Under the pieces are notes generated by a model. The model ran no database searches, had not been told where the DNA came from, and saw nothing but the letters and a program-made list of their open reading frames with translations. Below, in pieces: positions 19,868 through 30,588 of a stretch of DNA of 53,417 nucleotides. Origin of the DNA: Methanothrix sp. (lineage in GTDB: Archaea; Halobacteriota; Methanosarcinia; Methanotrichales; Methanotrichaceae); assembly GCA_037128175.1 (NCBI GenBank), contig JBAXWY010000016.1, forward strand, positions 1 to 53,417. The letters are read 5' to 3'. Position 1 is the first letter of the stretch, and each line of letters opens with the position of its first letter. The translations under genes were made by a program, and so were the position numbers.

Positions 19868-20131
19868 ATTCTCCCTCCACGACGGGCGACTAACAGATTG
19901 GCCATGAATGTCCTAATTGTTTTTCCATGGCACCAGCGGTCAATGCCAACGCTTTGCGGATCGCTCGTAAGGTGGCCACTGCTTGCCTACTTGAGGTGTA
20001 AAAAGCTTGCGGTTGCAGCCGGCAAATTATGAAATAGCATGAAAAAATAAGAACAATCATTAAAAACTATGACGAAAAATAGTTAGAATTGATGGTTTAG
20101 ATACCAGCGGGAATGAAGAGGCCAGCCGGAA

Positions 20132-21064
20132 TCAGTCCGCCCCAGAACCACACACACTGTGACCTTCATGGCCCTCATGTTGGGCGATAAGATTTCGTTT
20201 AGCCGGATTGAAGCTCTTCTTGGGCTTGCTGTCCATCAATTTATGCCAGTTGTCTCTCTCCCAGATGTTGAATGATTTATCCTCTTCCGGAATAAGCTGG
20301 CGCAGCCTTAAGACCAGCCCGTCCCAGTTGACGGCGTGTCCTCTGAAATCCGGGCCGTCCACGCAGGCGAACTTGGTCTTGCCATCTATTTCCACCCGGC
20401 AGGCACCGCACATGCCTGTGCCGTCCACCATGAGGGGGGTGAGGCTGACCACCGTCTCCACGCCCGCAGCTCGTGAGGCGTCTGAAGAGACCTTCATCAT
20501 GAAGGGACAACCGTGGGCAAAGATCCTGTCTATTTTCTTTCCCGACGCCAGCTCCTGCTCGATGAAGTCATTGGCCCAGGCAGTCTTGCCGCAGCCTGTT
20601 ACCACATGAACCTCGTCGCTGTGTTCCTTGAGCTTATCCACCCAGAAGATGAAGTCCGGACCGCGGCCTTCCACGACGGTGATCACGTAGTTGCCCTTCT
20701 CCTTGAGAGCCTTTATGAGCGGCAGAGTAGGTCCGGCGCCAAAGCAGCCACAGGCGCAGATGACTCTCCCGAAGTTCTCAATCTCTGTGGGCGCACCCAG
20801 GGGGCCGGCGATGTTGGTAACGCATTCGCCTTCTTTCATGGCGGACAGCTTGGCGGTGCTGGTGCCCAGGACGTAGAAGACAATGTCCACGGTGCCCTCT
20901 TTTTCGTCCCATCCGGCCAGGCCCATGGGGATCCTCTCCCCTTTCTCGTCCACCCGAATGATTGCAAACTGACCCGGCTTCGCCGTGAGGGCAATCTTGG
21001 GAGCTTTAAACTTCATGTAGATGATATTGGGAGCTACGGTCTCCTTGGTTATGATCTCGTACAT
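20132..21064 (-). CDS. nfnA: NfnA/SudB-like FAD/NAD-binding 2Fe-2S subunit
   Basis: AKPGQFAIIRVDEKGERIP, GPLG, MVDGTGMCGACRV, ACVDGPDF. Confidence 0.8.
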   Translation of the reverse strand: MYEIITKETVAPNIIYMKFKAPKIALTAKPGQFAIIRVDEKGERIPMGLAGWDEKEGTVDIVFYVLGTSTAKLSAMKEGECVTNIAGPLGAPTEIENFGRVICACGCFGAGPTLPLIKALKEKGNYVITVVEGRGPDFIFWVDKLKEHSDEVHVVTGCGKTAWANDFIEQELASGKKIDRIFAHGCPFMMKVSSDASRAAGVETVVSLTPLMVDGTGMCGACRVEIDGKTKFACVDGPDFRGHAVNWDGLVLRLRQLIPEEDKSFNIWERDNWHKLMDSKPKKSFNPAKRNLIAQHEGHEGHSVCGSGAD

Positions 21065-21066
21065 CT

Positions 21067-23838
21067 CTAGCCTCCTCTAATCTTGTTCAGCTTCACGGCA
21101 CAGACCTTTAGCTCCGGGATCTTGGCCACGGGGTCCAGGGCCGGATTGGTAAGGACGTTGGTGGGCGTCTCGGAGAAATGGAAGGTCATAAAGACCACAC
21201 CTACCGGCGACTTTTCCGTGGTTCTGGCTTTGGCTCTGACTCTTCCCCGGCGGGAGGAGACCTCGATCAGCTCGCCATCAACAATACCCAAAGTGAGGGC
21301 GTCTTCTGGATTCATCTCCACCAGCTCCTCACCCCGCAGAATGTTGAGGTCGCCCACTTTTCTCGTCATGGTTCCGGTGTGATACTGACAGAGAACTCTG
21401 CCCGTGGTAAGAATGAAGGGATACTCCAGATCAGGCAGCTCCATGGAAGGCCGGTAATCGACCACATTGAACTTGCCAAGGCCCCTCGTGAACTGGCCTT
21501 TATGCAGATACTGAGTTCCCGGATGCTCCATATTGGGGCAGGGCCACTGCAAGCCGTCGTCCTCCAGCCGCTCATAGCTTATGCCCCCGTAACTGGGAGC
21601 AAGCTTGGCTACCTCAGACATGATCTCGGAGGGATGGTCATAGCTAAACTGGTCCTTAAAGCCCATGCGAGCCGCCAGAGCGTCCAGGATCATCCAGTCG
21701 GGCATGGACTCGCCCGCGGGCTGTAGCGCCTTTCTGACCCTCTGCACCCGGCGCTCCGTGTTGGTAAAGGTTCCATCCTTCTCCAGGCTGGTGGTTGCCG
21801 GCAGGACCACGTCTGCCAGAGCAGCGGTCTCGGATAAAAATATGTCCTGCACCACCAGAAACTCCAGGGCCTTCAAGGCCTCCACCACGTGGCTGCAGTC
21901 CGGATCGCTAACGACCGGGTTTTCTCCCATGATGTACATGGCCCGGATCTTGCCTTCCTTTGCGGCATTCATCAACTCGACCAACGTTTGGCCGGGCTTT
22001 TCCGGCAAAGCCGCCCCCCAGGCCAGCTCGAACTTCTTTCGCAGATCTGGATTGGTCACCGCCTGGTAGGCCGGCAGGAGATTGGGCAAGGCACCCATGT
22101 CGCAAGAGCCCTGCACATTGTTCTGGCCACGCAAGGGATTGATGCCCGAGGAGGGCTTTCCAAGGTTGCCGGTCATCATGGCCAGATTGGCCAGGGTGAA
22201 GATGTTGTCCACACCATGAGAGTGCTGAGTGATGCCCATGGAATAGATTATGGAGGAAGGATTGCCCCTGGCATAGAGCCGGGCAGCATCTCGGATCAGC
22301 TCGGACTTGACACCAGTAATGCGTGCCGCGTCAGATGGGGACAACTCCAGAAGAGAGGCTTTGAACTCAGGGAAGCCCTCCGTCCGTTCCGAGATGAAGC
22401 TCTCATCCATTAGCTTCTCTTCCAGGATTATGCGGCACATCTCCAGGACGAGAGGCACATCCGTTCCCGGGGTCTGGCGCAGCCAGACATCAGCGATCTT
22501 GCACAGGTCGATCCAGCGGGGATTGGCCACGATGATCTTGGCTCCCTTCCTTTTCGCCTCTTTGATCTTGAGGGCGATGATGGGATGCTGCTCGCTGGTG
22601 TTCGAACCGATGATGAAGATGCATCCGGCGTCCGCCAACTCTGAAATGGAGTTGGTCATGGCACCGCTGCCGAAAGCCAGGGCCAGGGCGGAGACGGTCG
22701 AGGCATGGCAGAGCCTTGCACAGTGATCTACGTTGTTGGTCTGCATAACCAGCCGGGCAAACTTCTGGGCCAGATAATTTTCCTCATTGCTGCACTTGGC
22801 CGAGGAGAGGAAGGCAAAGCAATCGCCCTTGTAGCCATTCAATTTTCCGGCCACCAGATCCAGAGCCTCTTCCCAGGTTGCCGGCACCAGTTTGCCGTTT
22901 TTCCTGATGAGAGGCACAGTGAGCCGCTCCGGGCTCTCCACGAAGCCGAGACCAAAGCGGCCCTTGACGCAGAGCTGGCCGTTGTTGGGCAGGCAGTCAC
23001 GTTTGCCTCTCACCCTCACTATCCGGTTGTCCAGGACGCCTACCTCTATCCGGCAGCCCACGCCGCAGTAGGGGCAAACCGTGTCCGTGCTCCTTTCCGC
23101 CCTTTGCCATTTCTCAGAGCGGGCGAAGAGAGCGCCGGTGGGGCAGATATCGACACATGTACCGCAGAACTTGCAGTCCGAGTCCTGCAGGGATTCGGGG
23201 CCTATCCAGTGCATGCGGTGAAAATCTGGATTGCTGTTGAGGACACCTTCGCCGCGCACCTCCTGGCAAGCACGCACGCAGCGGCCGCACAGGATGCAAA
23301 GATTGTAATTGCGGTCAAAGAAGGGCTCCCTTAAAATGGGTCTATTCTTAAAAGCGATCTCATATCTGACCTTTTCCAGTCCCACGAACTGCACGGCCTG
23401 TTGCAGCTCGCATTCCCCGTTCTTGAGGCAGTACTTGCAGCCTACCGTCACCGGGAACTTTCTCATGCACTCGCGCAGGTCGCTGCATTCGTTCCTCCTT
23501 TCGCAAAAGAGGCAACTGGTGGGATGATTGGTGAGGGCTAAGAGCATCTCCAGGGTATTTCTTCTCATCTCCTGCAGCTCCTCTGTCCTGGTCTCTACCA
23601 CCATTCCCTCTTCCGCCTGGGTATCGCAGGCAGTGGGATAGTAATCCAGGCCCTTTACAGAGACAATGCACAGCTTGCATGAGCCAATGGGCTTGAGGTC
23701 CGGGTGGTCGCAAAGTGCTGGTACATAAGAACCCGCTTTTCGGGCTGCATCGAGAATGGTAGCTCCCTCTGGGACCACTACCTCTCGATCATCGATGGTC
23801 AGTCTAATTTCAATCATGTTCCCAACCGCGCCGGGCAA
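21067..23838 (-). CDS. fdhF: Formate dehydrogenase alpha subunit (Mo/W-bis-PGD, Cys ligand) with N-terminal Fe-S domains; start probably ATG ~23817
   Basis: N-terminal 2Fe-2S and 4Fe-4S motifs, CPYCGVGC, CARLCHAS, LRGQNNVQG, KIPELKVCAV. Confidence 0.92.
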   Translation of the reverse strand: MPGAVGNMIEIRLTIDDREVVVPEGATILDAARKAGSYVPALCDHPDLKPIGSCKLCIVSVKGLDYYPTACDTQAEEGMVVETRTEELQEMRRNTLEMLLALTNHPTSCLFCERRNECSDLRECMRKFPVTVGCKYCLKNGECELQQAVQFVGLEKVRYEIAFKNRPILREPFFDRNYNLCILCGRCVRACQEVRGEGVLNSNPDFHRMHWIGPESLQDSDCKFCGTCVDICPTGALFARSEKWQRAERSTDTVCPYCGVGCRIEVGVLDNRIVRVRGKRDCLPNNGQLCVKGRFGLGFVESPERLTVPLIRKNGKLVPATWEEALDLVAGKLNGYKGDCFAFLSSAKCSNEENYLAQKFARLVMQTNNVDHCARLCHASTVSALALAFGSGAMTNSISELADAGCIFIIGSNTSEQHPIIALKIKEAKRKGAKIIVANPRWIDLCKIADVWLRQTPGTDVPLVLEMCRIILEEKLMDESFISERTEGFPEFKASLLELSPSDAARITGVKSELIRDAARLYARGNPSSIIYSMGITQHSHGVDNIFTLANLAMMTGNLGKPSSGINPLRGQNNVQGSCDMGALPNLLPAYQAVTNPDLRKKFELAWGAALPEKPGQTLVELMNAAKEGKIRAMYIMGENPVVSDPDCSHVVEALKALEFLVVQDIFLSETAALADVVLPATTSLEKDGTFTNTERRVQRVRKALQPAGESMPDWMILDALAARMGFKDQFSYDHPSEIMSEVAKLAPSYGGISYERLEDDGLQWPCPNMEHPGTQYLHKGQFTRGLGKFNVVDYRPSMELPDLEYPFILTTGRVLCQYHTGTMTRKVGDLNILRGEELVEMNPEDALTLGIVDGELIEVSSRRGRVRAKARTTEKSPVGVVFMTFHFSETPTNVLTNPALDPVAKIPELKVCAVKLNKIRGG

Positions 23839-24074
23839 TGTTGTGGATTAATTGTATTAGAACATTACTCTGAAACGTGGATTCTGTAGAGTCCAGAAAT
23901 TATTTCGCCTCCCATGAACGTCTCGGATTGGCCTGGCAGGTGCAGTCCGACCCCTTTGCTCTCACCAAGCAAATTAATAAAAATTGGTATATTGTTAAAA
24001 TGAGTTCGTATAAATTATAAGCGCAGTGTTCCAGGTTTTCTGGAACATTGCCCTCCCAGTTTAGTAGTGTCGCA

Positions 24075-25322
24075 TCATAGCCTGTCCTTGCATTCCTGGC
24101 ATTGTGCAAAAATTCCTATCTGCTGGCCTTGCGGGGTGGTGATGGAAGAAATGCCCTGTTCAATTAATGTAATCACCAAGGAGCCGCCATATTCAAAGTG
24201 ACCGAGCTTCTCACCCTTATAAACGGGCACCGGGTTATTCGCGGTCACATTCGAGAACTTGTTTTCAAATACGACCGAGCCAATTGTATCCAGGCCTACC
24301 GGGATCATCGCCACATAGCCGTATTCCTTTGTTTTGATCACCAGGTAGCCGCGGCGGAACTGTTCGAAGACACTATAGTTGGCGCCATAACCGAAATTTC
24401 TGGCATTATAGAAGGCGGCAAAGTCCTTGATGCCCCAGTAGGCACCGGCTACATCCTCGTTTGACTCCACTACATTGCCCGATACCACTGAATGGTAATG
24501 GTGGTAGGTGGTGGGCATCAGTATGCAGGAAATCGCGGTGCCGTTCTCGAAATACTTGGCATATTTGGATCCGTTCAACAGCTCTGTGACATTCAGCATC
24601 TGGTTCAGCTTTGTTGGAATCTTAACACCCGGCGTCAGCGGCTCGATCATGTTCAGTACGCAGTCTGTCGGTGAGACCAGAACGGAGTCATCAAGAGGGC
24701 TGGCGACCGTTCGCGTGCCGGGCAAAAGATCGCGAATAAAGAACTGATTGAACGACTTGAATCCATCCGGCGGAATGATATATTGTTCCATACGAATCGA
24801 GGGATCGGCCATCCATTGCTTAATGGTGACATTTGACTCCGGGCTCTCCAGGAATTTGCCCCGGGCCTCGACAAATTGACGGGTCCAGTTTAATCCAGGC
24901 TCCTCGCCAACGATCTTCTGGCCAAATTCATTCTTGTAATAGAACCAGGTGAACTTCTCAATGTAATTGAATTCATCCTGTGCACCGCTGGGCGTCGGCG
25001 TCAATTGGTACCATTCGCTAAAGAACTGGAGAAGATCGTCGAAATTCTTGCCCTTCCACGGGTTTACTGCGGTGGGGTTGGGCCACAGGTCGGCTGTATT
25101 GGGGTCTGGATCTTTCATGTTGGCAAATGCCTTATCCATAGTAGTTCGAAATTCCGTGTTACTGTCGTATAGGTCCCTCAACGCTGCTATTGGCGATGTT
25201 TCCTGGACATCCTGCGCCATCACAGGGGTTGATACTGGGACAATTGGATTTTGCGGCGCGCCAAATACTGTTGGTATAGTCAACACCGCAACCAAAAAGG
25301 CTAGCATCATTATTATTTTCAT
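24075..25322 (-). CDS. Phosphatidylserine decarboxylase-family (pyruvoyl) protein with predicted signal peptide
   Basis: SFNQFFIR, SPTDC, YHHYHS, FEYGGS autocleavage motif; MKIIMMLAFLVAVLTIPTVFGA leader. Confidence 0.8.
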   Translation of the reverse strand: MKIIMMLAFLVAVLTIPTVFGAPQNPIVPVSTPVMAQDVQETSPIAALRDLYDSNTEFRTTMDKAFANMKDPDPNTADLWPNPTAVNPWKGKNFDDLLQFFSEWYQLTPTPSGAQDEFNYIEKFTWFYYKNEFGQKIVGEEPGLNWTRQFVEARGKFLESPESNVTIKQWMADPSIRMEQYIIPPDGFKSFNQFFIRDLLPGTRTVASPLDDSVLVSPTDCVLNMIEPLTPGVKIPTKLNQMLNVTELLNGSKYAKYFENGTAISCILMPTTYHHYHSVVSGNVVESNEDVAGAYWGIKDFAAFYNARNFGYGANYSVFEQFRRGYLVIKTKEYGYVAMIPVGLDTIGSVVFENKFSNVTANNPVPVYKGEKLGHFEYGGSLVITLIEQGISSITTPQGQQIGIFAQCQECKDRL

Positions 25323-25595
25323 ATTCGAAAACCCACCTGAAACTTTTATTAACATTGATGATATTTGTTTAAGTGTTTTATGGTGCAAATCGCCCCATCG
25401 ATCGCAAGGGCATTATCAGACATCACCAAATTGTTTAAATTAGGCGTTATGCAGCATGTTGGATATAAATAGTGGCCAATAGCCTAATCTTAGAAAATTG
25501 GCATTCGGGAAGGCAAAATCTTATTTAGATCCTGGGTTCTTTCCCCAAGCATAAGGATGATCAGCCAGAAGAGATCTTAGCCCCAGAGGCGCGGT

Positions 25596-27011
25596 GTGGA
25601 AAAGATGTCCAGCAAGATTAATTTAAACCGGGTGGAGATGCCCAAGCAATCTCCCGAAAAGAGGAAAAGCAACTTTCAGGAGGTTGCCCTGGGCTATAGT
25701 CCAGAGCAGGCAGCAGAAGAGGCGGGCAGATGTCTTCAATGCAAGAAGCCCAAGTGCATTGAAGGCTGTCCGGTGGGCGTGGAGATCCCCAGCTTCATTT
25801 GTGCCCTGCGCGATGGAGACATGCCAAAAGCGGCGCGGTCCCTCAAGAGAAAGAACAGCCTGCCCGGAATATGCGGCCGGGTCTGTCCCCAGGAGGTGCA
25901 GTGCGAGTGCAAATGCGTCCTGGCCAAGAAGGGAGCGCCCGTGGCCATCGGCCGTCTGGAGCGTTATGTGGCCGATTGGGAGCTATGCCAGGCAGAGAGG
26001 CTCAAGTGCGAGATCGCGCCGGCCACGGGAAAGAAGGTCGCCGTGGTGGGCTGTGGTCCGGCGGGATTGACGGTGGCCGCTGACATGGCCAAGTTCGGGC
26101 ACAAAGTTACCATCTTCGAGGCGCTGCATGATGGCGGAGGCGTCCTGGTCTACGGCATTCCCGAGTTTCGCCTGCCTAAAGGCATCGTCCGGGCGGAGAT
26201 CGAATACGTCCAATCATTGGGAGCCGAGCTGGAGCTGGACTCAGTAGTAGGCAGACAGGTGCAGGTAGAGGGGCTGCTCAAAGGGGATTACGACGGCGTA
26301 TTCCTGGGAATAGGCGCAGGGGCTCCCCATTTTCTCAATGTTCCCGGCGAAAACCTGAGCGGCGTTTACTCTGCCAACGAATATCTGACCCGAGTCAACC
26401 TGATGAAGGCCTACAAGTTCCCGGAATACGATACTCCTATCAAAAAGGGCAAGAAGGTAGCAGTGGTGGGCGGCGGAAACGTGGCCATGGATGCAGCCCG
26501 CTCTGCCATGCGTCTGGGGGCGGATGAAGTGCACGTTGTCTATCGCCGCTCTCGCGAGGAGATGCCGGCCCGCCTGGAAGAGGTGGAGAACGCCATGGAA
26601 GAGGATGTGATCTTTGACTTCCTCACCAACCCCACGCGCTTTTTGGGCGACGAACGGGGCATGGTAAAGGCCATGGAGGTCGTTGAAATGGAGCTGGGCG
26701 AGCCCGATGCCTCGGGAAGGCGCAGCCCGCGGGTGAAGAAGGGCTCGGAGCACATAGTCGATGTGGATACGGTGGTCATTGCGGTGGGCACAGTGCCTAA
26801 TCCCCTCATCGCCAGCAGTACGCCGGAGCTTAAGACCACCAAATGGGGCACGCTCGTGATAGATGAGCGGGGCCGCACCACCATGGAAGGGGTCTGGGCC
26901 GGGGGAGACATCACCAGCGGCGGAGCCACAGTGATCAGCGCCATGGGCGAGGGCAAGACTGCGGCAGCGGACATGGACAAGTGGCTGAAGACGGATGGGA
27001 AGTGGTGCTGA
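25596..27011 (+). CDS. nfnB: NfnB/SudA (GltD-like) NADPH-dependent flavoprotein
   Basis: EAGRCLQCKKPKCIEGCPV, CGRVCPQEVQCE, YGIPEFRLP, GGGNVAMDAAR, AGGDITSGGATVISAMG. Confidence 0.82.
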   Translation: MEKMSSKINLNRVEMPKQSPEKRKSNFQEVALGYSPEQAAEEAGRCLQCKKPKCIEGCPVGVEIPSFICALRDGDMPKAARSLKRKNSLPGICGRVCPQEVQCECKCVLAKKGAPVAIGRLERYVADWELCQAERLKCEIAPATGKKVAVVGCGPAGLTVAADMAKFGHKVTIFEALHDGGGVLVYGIPEFRLPKGIVRAEIEYVQSLGAELELDSVVGRQVQVEGLLKGDYDGVFLGIGAGAPHFLNVPGENLSGVYSANEYLTRVNLMKAYKFPEYDTPIKKGKKVAVVGGGNVAMDAARSAMRLGADEVHVVYRRSREEMPARLEEVENAMEEDVIFDFLTNPTRFLGDERGMVKAMEVVEMELGEPDASGRRSPRVKKGSEHIVDVDTVVIAVGTVPNPLIASSTPELKTTKWGTLVIDERGRTTMEGVWAGGDITSGGATVISAMGEGKTAAADMDKWLKTDGKWC

Positions 27012-27484
27012 AGAAGAGTTACTATATATTTATATATTTTTATGTATATTTTGATTAGTAGTATTAATAACAAATTTTGTAGTACTTATGTCTGAAACCA
27101 TCTGATCCTTTCCCATCAAGTACTCATCAAGCAATCACGCCTCACCTGGGATTGGCCCAGAATGGAATGTAGCGCATCAACTTAGGGGCCGCATCTGGGT
27201 CGTAGGGCAGCACGACACCGACATAAACCGCTTCATGGATAAGCCGTGAGGCGAATATCGCTGTTTTTTGGCTCAATTCCGAACCGCTCACGAATAGAGG
27301 TGTTATTGATTTCTAGTATTAAGCACGAAATATAATAAAAACCAATTCAATAGAATTTATTAAAAACGATTCAATATTATCCTGCTAAAAATATGAGGCC
27401 TCTGCGTCCCTATAATGGGCTCTTGCCCGAGGGGAGGGGCGCAAAGCACCTCTGCTTCTGTTGGTGGTTTTGATCTAATCTTAT

Positions 27485-28741
27485 CTAAACCCAGCCGCGT
27501 ATCTTCATGGCCTCGACGACACGTGCCACAGCTACGGTGTAGGCAGCCTGACGCATGTTTACCTTGTACTTCTTGGAGGCGGCTAGAACTGCCTGGTAGG
27601 CCTCTGTCATCCTCTCATCGAGCCGTGTGTAGACCTCATCGAGGGTCCAGTTGTAGCGGGCGATGTTCTGAACCATCTCAAAGTAAGAGACGGTCACACC
27701 GCCGGCGTTGGCCAGGAAGTCGGGAATGACATGCACCTTGTTCTGGAAGAGGATGGCGTCAGCTTCCGGTGTGGTGGGGCCGTTGGCCAGCTCAATGATG
27801 ACCTTGGCCTTGATCTTGCCGGCGTTATCCTTGGTTATGACGTTCTCTAATGCGGCTGCAATGAGAATGTCTACATCCAGCTCCAGGATCTCTTCATTGC
27901 TGATCTTCTTGGCGCCGGGGATATTGGCGACCGTGGAGGTCTCCGCCTTGACGCGGGCTGCCACATCGGCCTCTATGCCGGCGGCATTGAACGCGCCGCC
28001 CTTGGAGTCGCTGACGGCGACTACCTTGCTGCCGAAGAGCTCTTTGACCAGAGAATGGGCAAAGCTGCCGGCATTGCCGTATCCCTGAATGGCTACAGTG
28101 GACTTGGCCAGGTTGATGTTAAGCTCCTTGGCTGCCTCTCGAAGGGTGAACAGGCCGCCGCGTGCTGTGGAGTCGCCCCTTCCCAGGGACCCGCCCACGA
28201 CCAGAGGCTTGCCTGTGATCATGCCAAAGCTGTTTGAGCCGACATGTTTGGAGTACTGATCCATCATCCAGGCCATCATCTGAGGAGTGGTGTAAACATC
28301 AGGTGCGGGGACGTCCTTCGCCGGGCCGATGTTTTCCCACAGCATATCGACGTAGCCACGGCAGAGGCGCTCCTGCTCGCCCATGGACAATTCCTTGGGG
28401 TTGCAGATGACTCCGCCTTTGCCGCCGCCCAGGGGCAGGCCGAGAAGAGAGCACTTCCAGGTCATCCAGGCAGAGAGAGCCCGCACGGTGTCCACGGTCT
28501 CATCAGGATGGAAGCGAATGCCGCCTTTGCAGGGGCCCAGAGCATCGTTATATTGAACTCTAAAGCCCTGGAAGATCTTCAGGCTGCCGTCGTCCATGCG
28601 TACCGGGATAGATACGTGGAACTCTCGCCTGGGGTGCCTGAGAAACTCATGCACTCCGGCATCCAGGTTCAGAATCTTTGCACAATCGGCGAGTTGTTTC
28701 TGGGATATCTCAAAGGGATTCGGTTTGGACATTTTTAGCAT
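27485..28741 (-). CDS. gdhA: Glutamate dehydrogenase
   Basis: GPCKGGIRFHP, MTWKC, GGGKGG, DVPAPD, QGYGNAG, ELANGPTT, PDFLANAGGV. Confidence 0.95.
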   Translation of the reverse strand: MLKMSKPNPFEISQKQLADCAKILNLDAGVHEFLRHPRREFHVSIPVRMDDGSLKIFQGFRVQYNDALGPCKGGIRFHPDETVDTVRALSAWMTWKCSLLGLPLGGGKGGVICNPKELSMGEQERLCRGYVDMLWENIGPAKDVPAPDVYTTPQMMAWMMDQYSKHVGSNSFGMITGKPLVVGGSLGRGDSTARGGLFTLREAAKELNINLAKSTVAIQGYGNAGSFAHSLVKELFGSKVVAVSDSKGGAFNAAGIEADVAARVKAETSTVANIPGAKKISNEEILELDVDILIAAALENVITKDNAGKIKAKVIIELANGPTTPEADAILFQNKVHVIPDFLANAGGVTVSYFEMVQNIARYNWTLDEVYTRLDERMTEAYQAVLAASKKYKVNMRQAAYTVAVARVVEAMKIRGWV

Positions 28742-29042
28742 CTCCGTTTAGCATCTACCCAAATCTTTATGTTTGACTGATGATAGCCTCTGTCCATCCT
28801 TAGCTATTTAAAAATTATGGGTTAACTTTATAAACTATGAAGGAGGCCGGAAATGCCATGGTGGCCTATTTAAGCTTTTGCAATTAATAAATTTGATATA
28901 AGAAATAAGGATATTAAGACCTCATTGGATATTAGTATTGTCATAGCAATCCGAATTCGTAAAAAATCATAATAAAACTTAGTTACTAAATTTTAATTGC
29001 ATGCCGAAATATGGGTTGGCCCAACAATGCTGCTTCGCAGAA

Positions 29043-29058
29043 CGGAAAAGCTTTTCCG
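29043..29058. promoter_or_regulatory. Perfect 16-bp palindrome matching the NrpR operator consensus GGAA-N6-TTCC
   Basis: CGGAAAAGCTTTTCCG between divergent gdhA and hisH. Confidence 0.45.
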
Positions 29059-29116
29059 GCGACCAGTGCCAAATGCGATAGGATCAATTGATGCAAATGC
29101 AAGAAGGATAAAAACG

Positions 29117-29722
29117 ATGACGATTGCCATAGTGGATTACGGGATGGGCAACCTGTTCAGCATCTATAACGCTCTGGACTACGTGGGTGGCTCACCGAAG
29201 ATTATAAGCGAGCCCGATGAACTTGCCGGAGTAGGGGGCATTGTGGTTCCGGGCGTGGGGGCCTTTGGGCAATGCATGGATCGACTCTGCCGCTTCGAAG
29301 GTGCTCTTAATAGTGCGCGAGAATGTGGAACCCCCATCTTTGCCATTTGCATAGGGCTACAGGTCCTCTTTGAGGAGAGCGAAGAAAGCCCTGCCGCCCG
29401 AGGATTGGGATGGATTAAGGGAAGAGTGGTAAAGCTGCCTTTGTCGGTTATGATACCTCAAATGGGCTGGAACAGCCTTTCCATCAAGCGCCCGGTAGAG
29501 ATGCTGCAGGGGATCGAAGACGGCGATATGTTCTATTTTGTGCATTCCTATTACGGGCAGCCTGAAGACAAATCACGAATCGTTGCTACGACGGAGCATG
29601 GGGTGGATGTCACTGCGGCAATAGCCCGGGATAATCTCTTTGCCACTCAGTTTCACCCCGAGAAGTCGGGTGCCAAGGGCCTGAGAATCCTGGAGAACTT
29701 TGTGAGGGCCATACGATGTTAG
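29117..29722 (+). CDS. hisH: Imidazole glycerol phosphate synthase glutaminase subunit
   Basis: [39 protein letters not shown]. Confidence 0.95.
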   Translation: MTIAIVDYGMGNLFSIYNALDYVGGSPKIISEPDELAGVGGIVVPGVGAFGQCMDRLCRFEGALNSARECGTPIFAICIGLQVLFEESEESPAARGLGWIKGRVVKLPLSVMIPQMGWNSLSIKRPVEMLQGIEDGDMFYFVHSYYGQPEDKSRIVATTEHGVDVTAAIARDNLFATQFHPEKSGAKGLRILENFVRAIRC

Positions 29723-30528
29723 CGAGAAGAATCATTCCCTGTTTGGACTGCGACATGGGTGTGCCGGGCGGTCGAGTTGTCAAGGGCATCGAGTTTCAGC
29801 AGATAAGGTATGCAGGGGTTCCGTGGGAGCTGGCCGGCCAATACTATGAGGATGGTGCCGATGAGATCGTCTTTTTGGACATCACGGCATCTCACGAGCG
29901 AAGGGAGACCATGACCAGCGTCATTAAAAAGACCTCGCGGTCGGTCTTTGTGCCACTAGCTGTAGGCGGCGGCATAAATGGTGTGGAGCCTGCAAGAGAG
30001 GTCTTCAATGCCGGGGCTGACAAGATCACTTTGAACACCTCTGCCCTAAAACGCCCTGAGCTGATCAGCGAGATATCCGATCGATATGGAAATCAGGCAG
30101 TAGTACTGGCCATCGATGCCAAGCGGCGCTACACATTAGAAGAAGGCCGGCACATTGTGCAAACTGAGCAAGGAGCCTGCTGGTTTGAATGCTCCTTTTA
30201 TGGGGGCAGGCAGTTTACAGGTATTGACGCCATCGCCTGGGCAAGCAGAGCAGTGTCCCTGGGAGCGGGAGAGATTCTTCTCACCAGCATGGACCGGGAT
30301 GGGACCTATGACGGCTTCGACATCCCTCTCACAAACGCCGTGGCCAAAAGGGTGAATGTGCCTGTGATCGCATCAGGAGGCTGCGCCAGCCCTGATCACA
30401 TGCTGGAGGTCTTCAAGAAGACCGATGCATCGGCTGCACTGGCGGCGAGCATCTTTCACTTCGGTGAGTGGAATGTCCGCAATGTCAAGACATATCTCAA
30501 AGAGAGGGGCGTGAACGTGCGCATCTGA
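29716..30528 (+). CDS. hisF: Imidazole glycerol phosphate synthase cyclase subunit
   Basis: [46 protein letters not shown]. Confidence 0.95.
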   Translation: MLARRIIPCLDCDMGVPGGRVVKGIEFQQIRYAGVPWELAGQYYEDGADEIVFLDITASHERRETMTSVIKKTSRSVFVPLAVGGGINGVEPAREVFNAGADKITLNTSALKRPELISEISDRYGNQAVVLAIDAKRRYTLEEGRHIVQTEQGACWFECSFYGGRQFTGIDAIAWASRAVSLGAGEILLTSMDRDGTYDGFDIPLTNAVAKRVNVPVIASGGCASPDHMLEVFKKTDASAALAASIFHFGEWNVRNVKTYLKERGVNVRI

Positions 30529-30588
30529 GTGAGATTTATCTAAAGAGCTAGAAAACAAAAACAGTAGGACGGAGAGGATATATCAGAA

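Noticed and set aside
21067-23838. Selenocysteine or pyrrolysine recoding in Fdh
   Set aside because: The active-site residue is Cys (ARLCH) and the ORF has no in-frame stop
25596-27011. Glutamate synthase small subunit of a GltBD enzyme
   Set aside because: No large subunit nearby, whereas an NfnA/SudB partner is present
27138-27253. Possible structured ncRNA closed by cgcctcac/gtgaggcg, or a short minus-strand gene fragment
   Set aside because: The stems are short enough to arise by chance, and I recognise neither an RNA family nor a protein family
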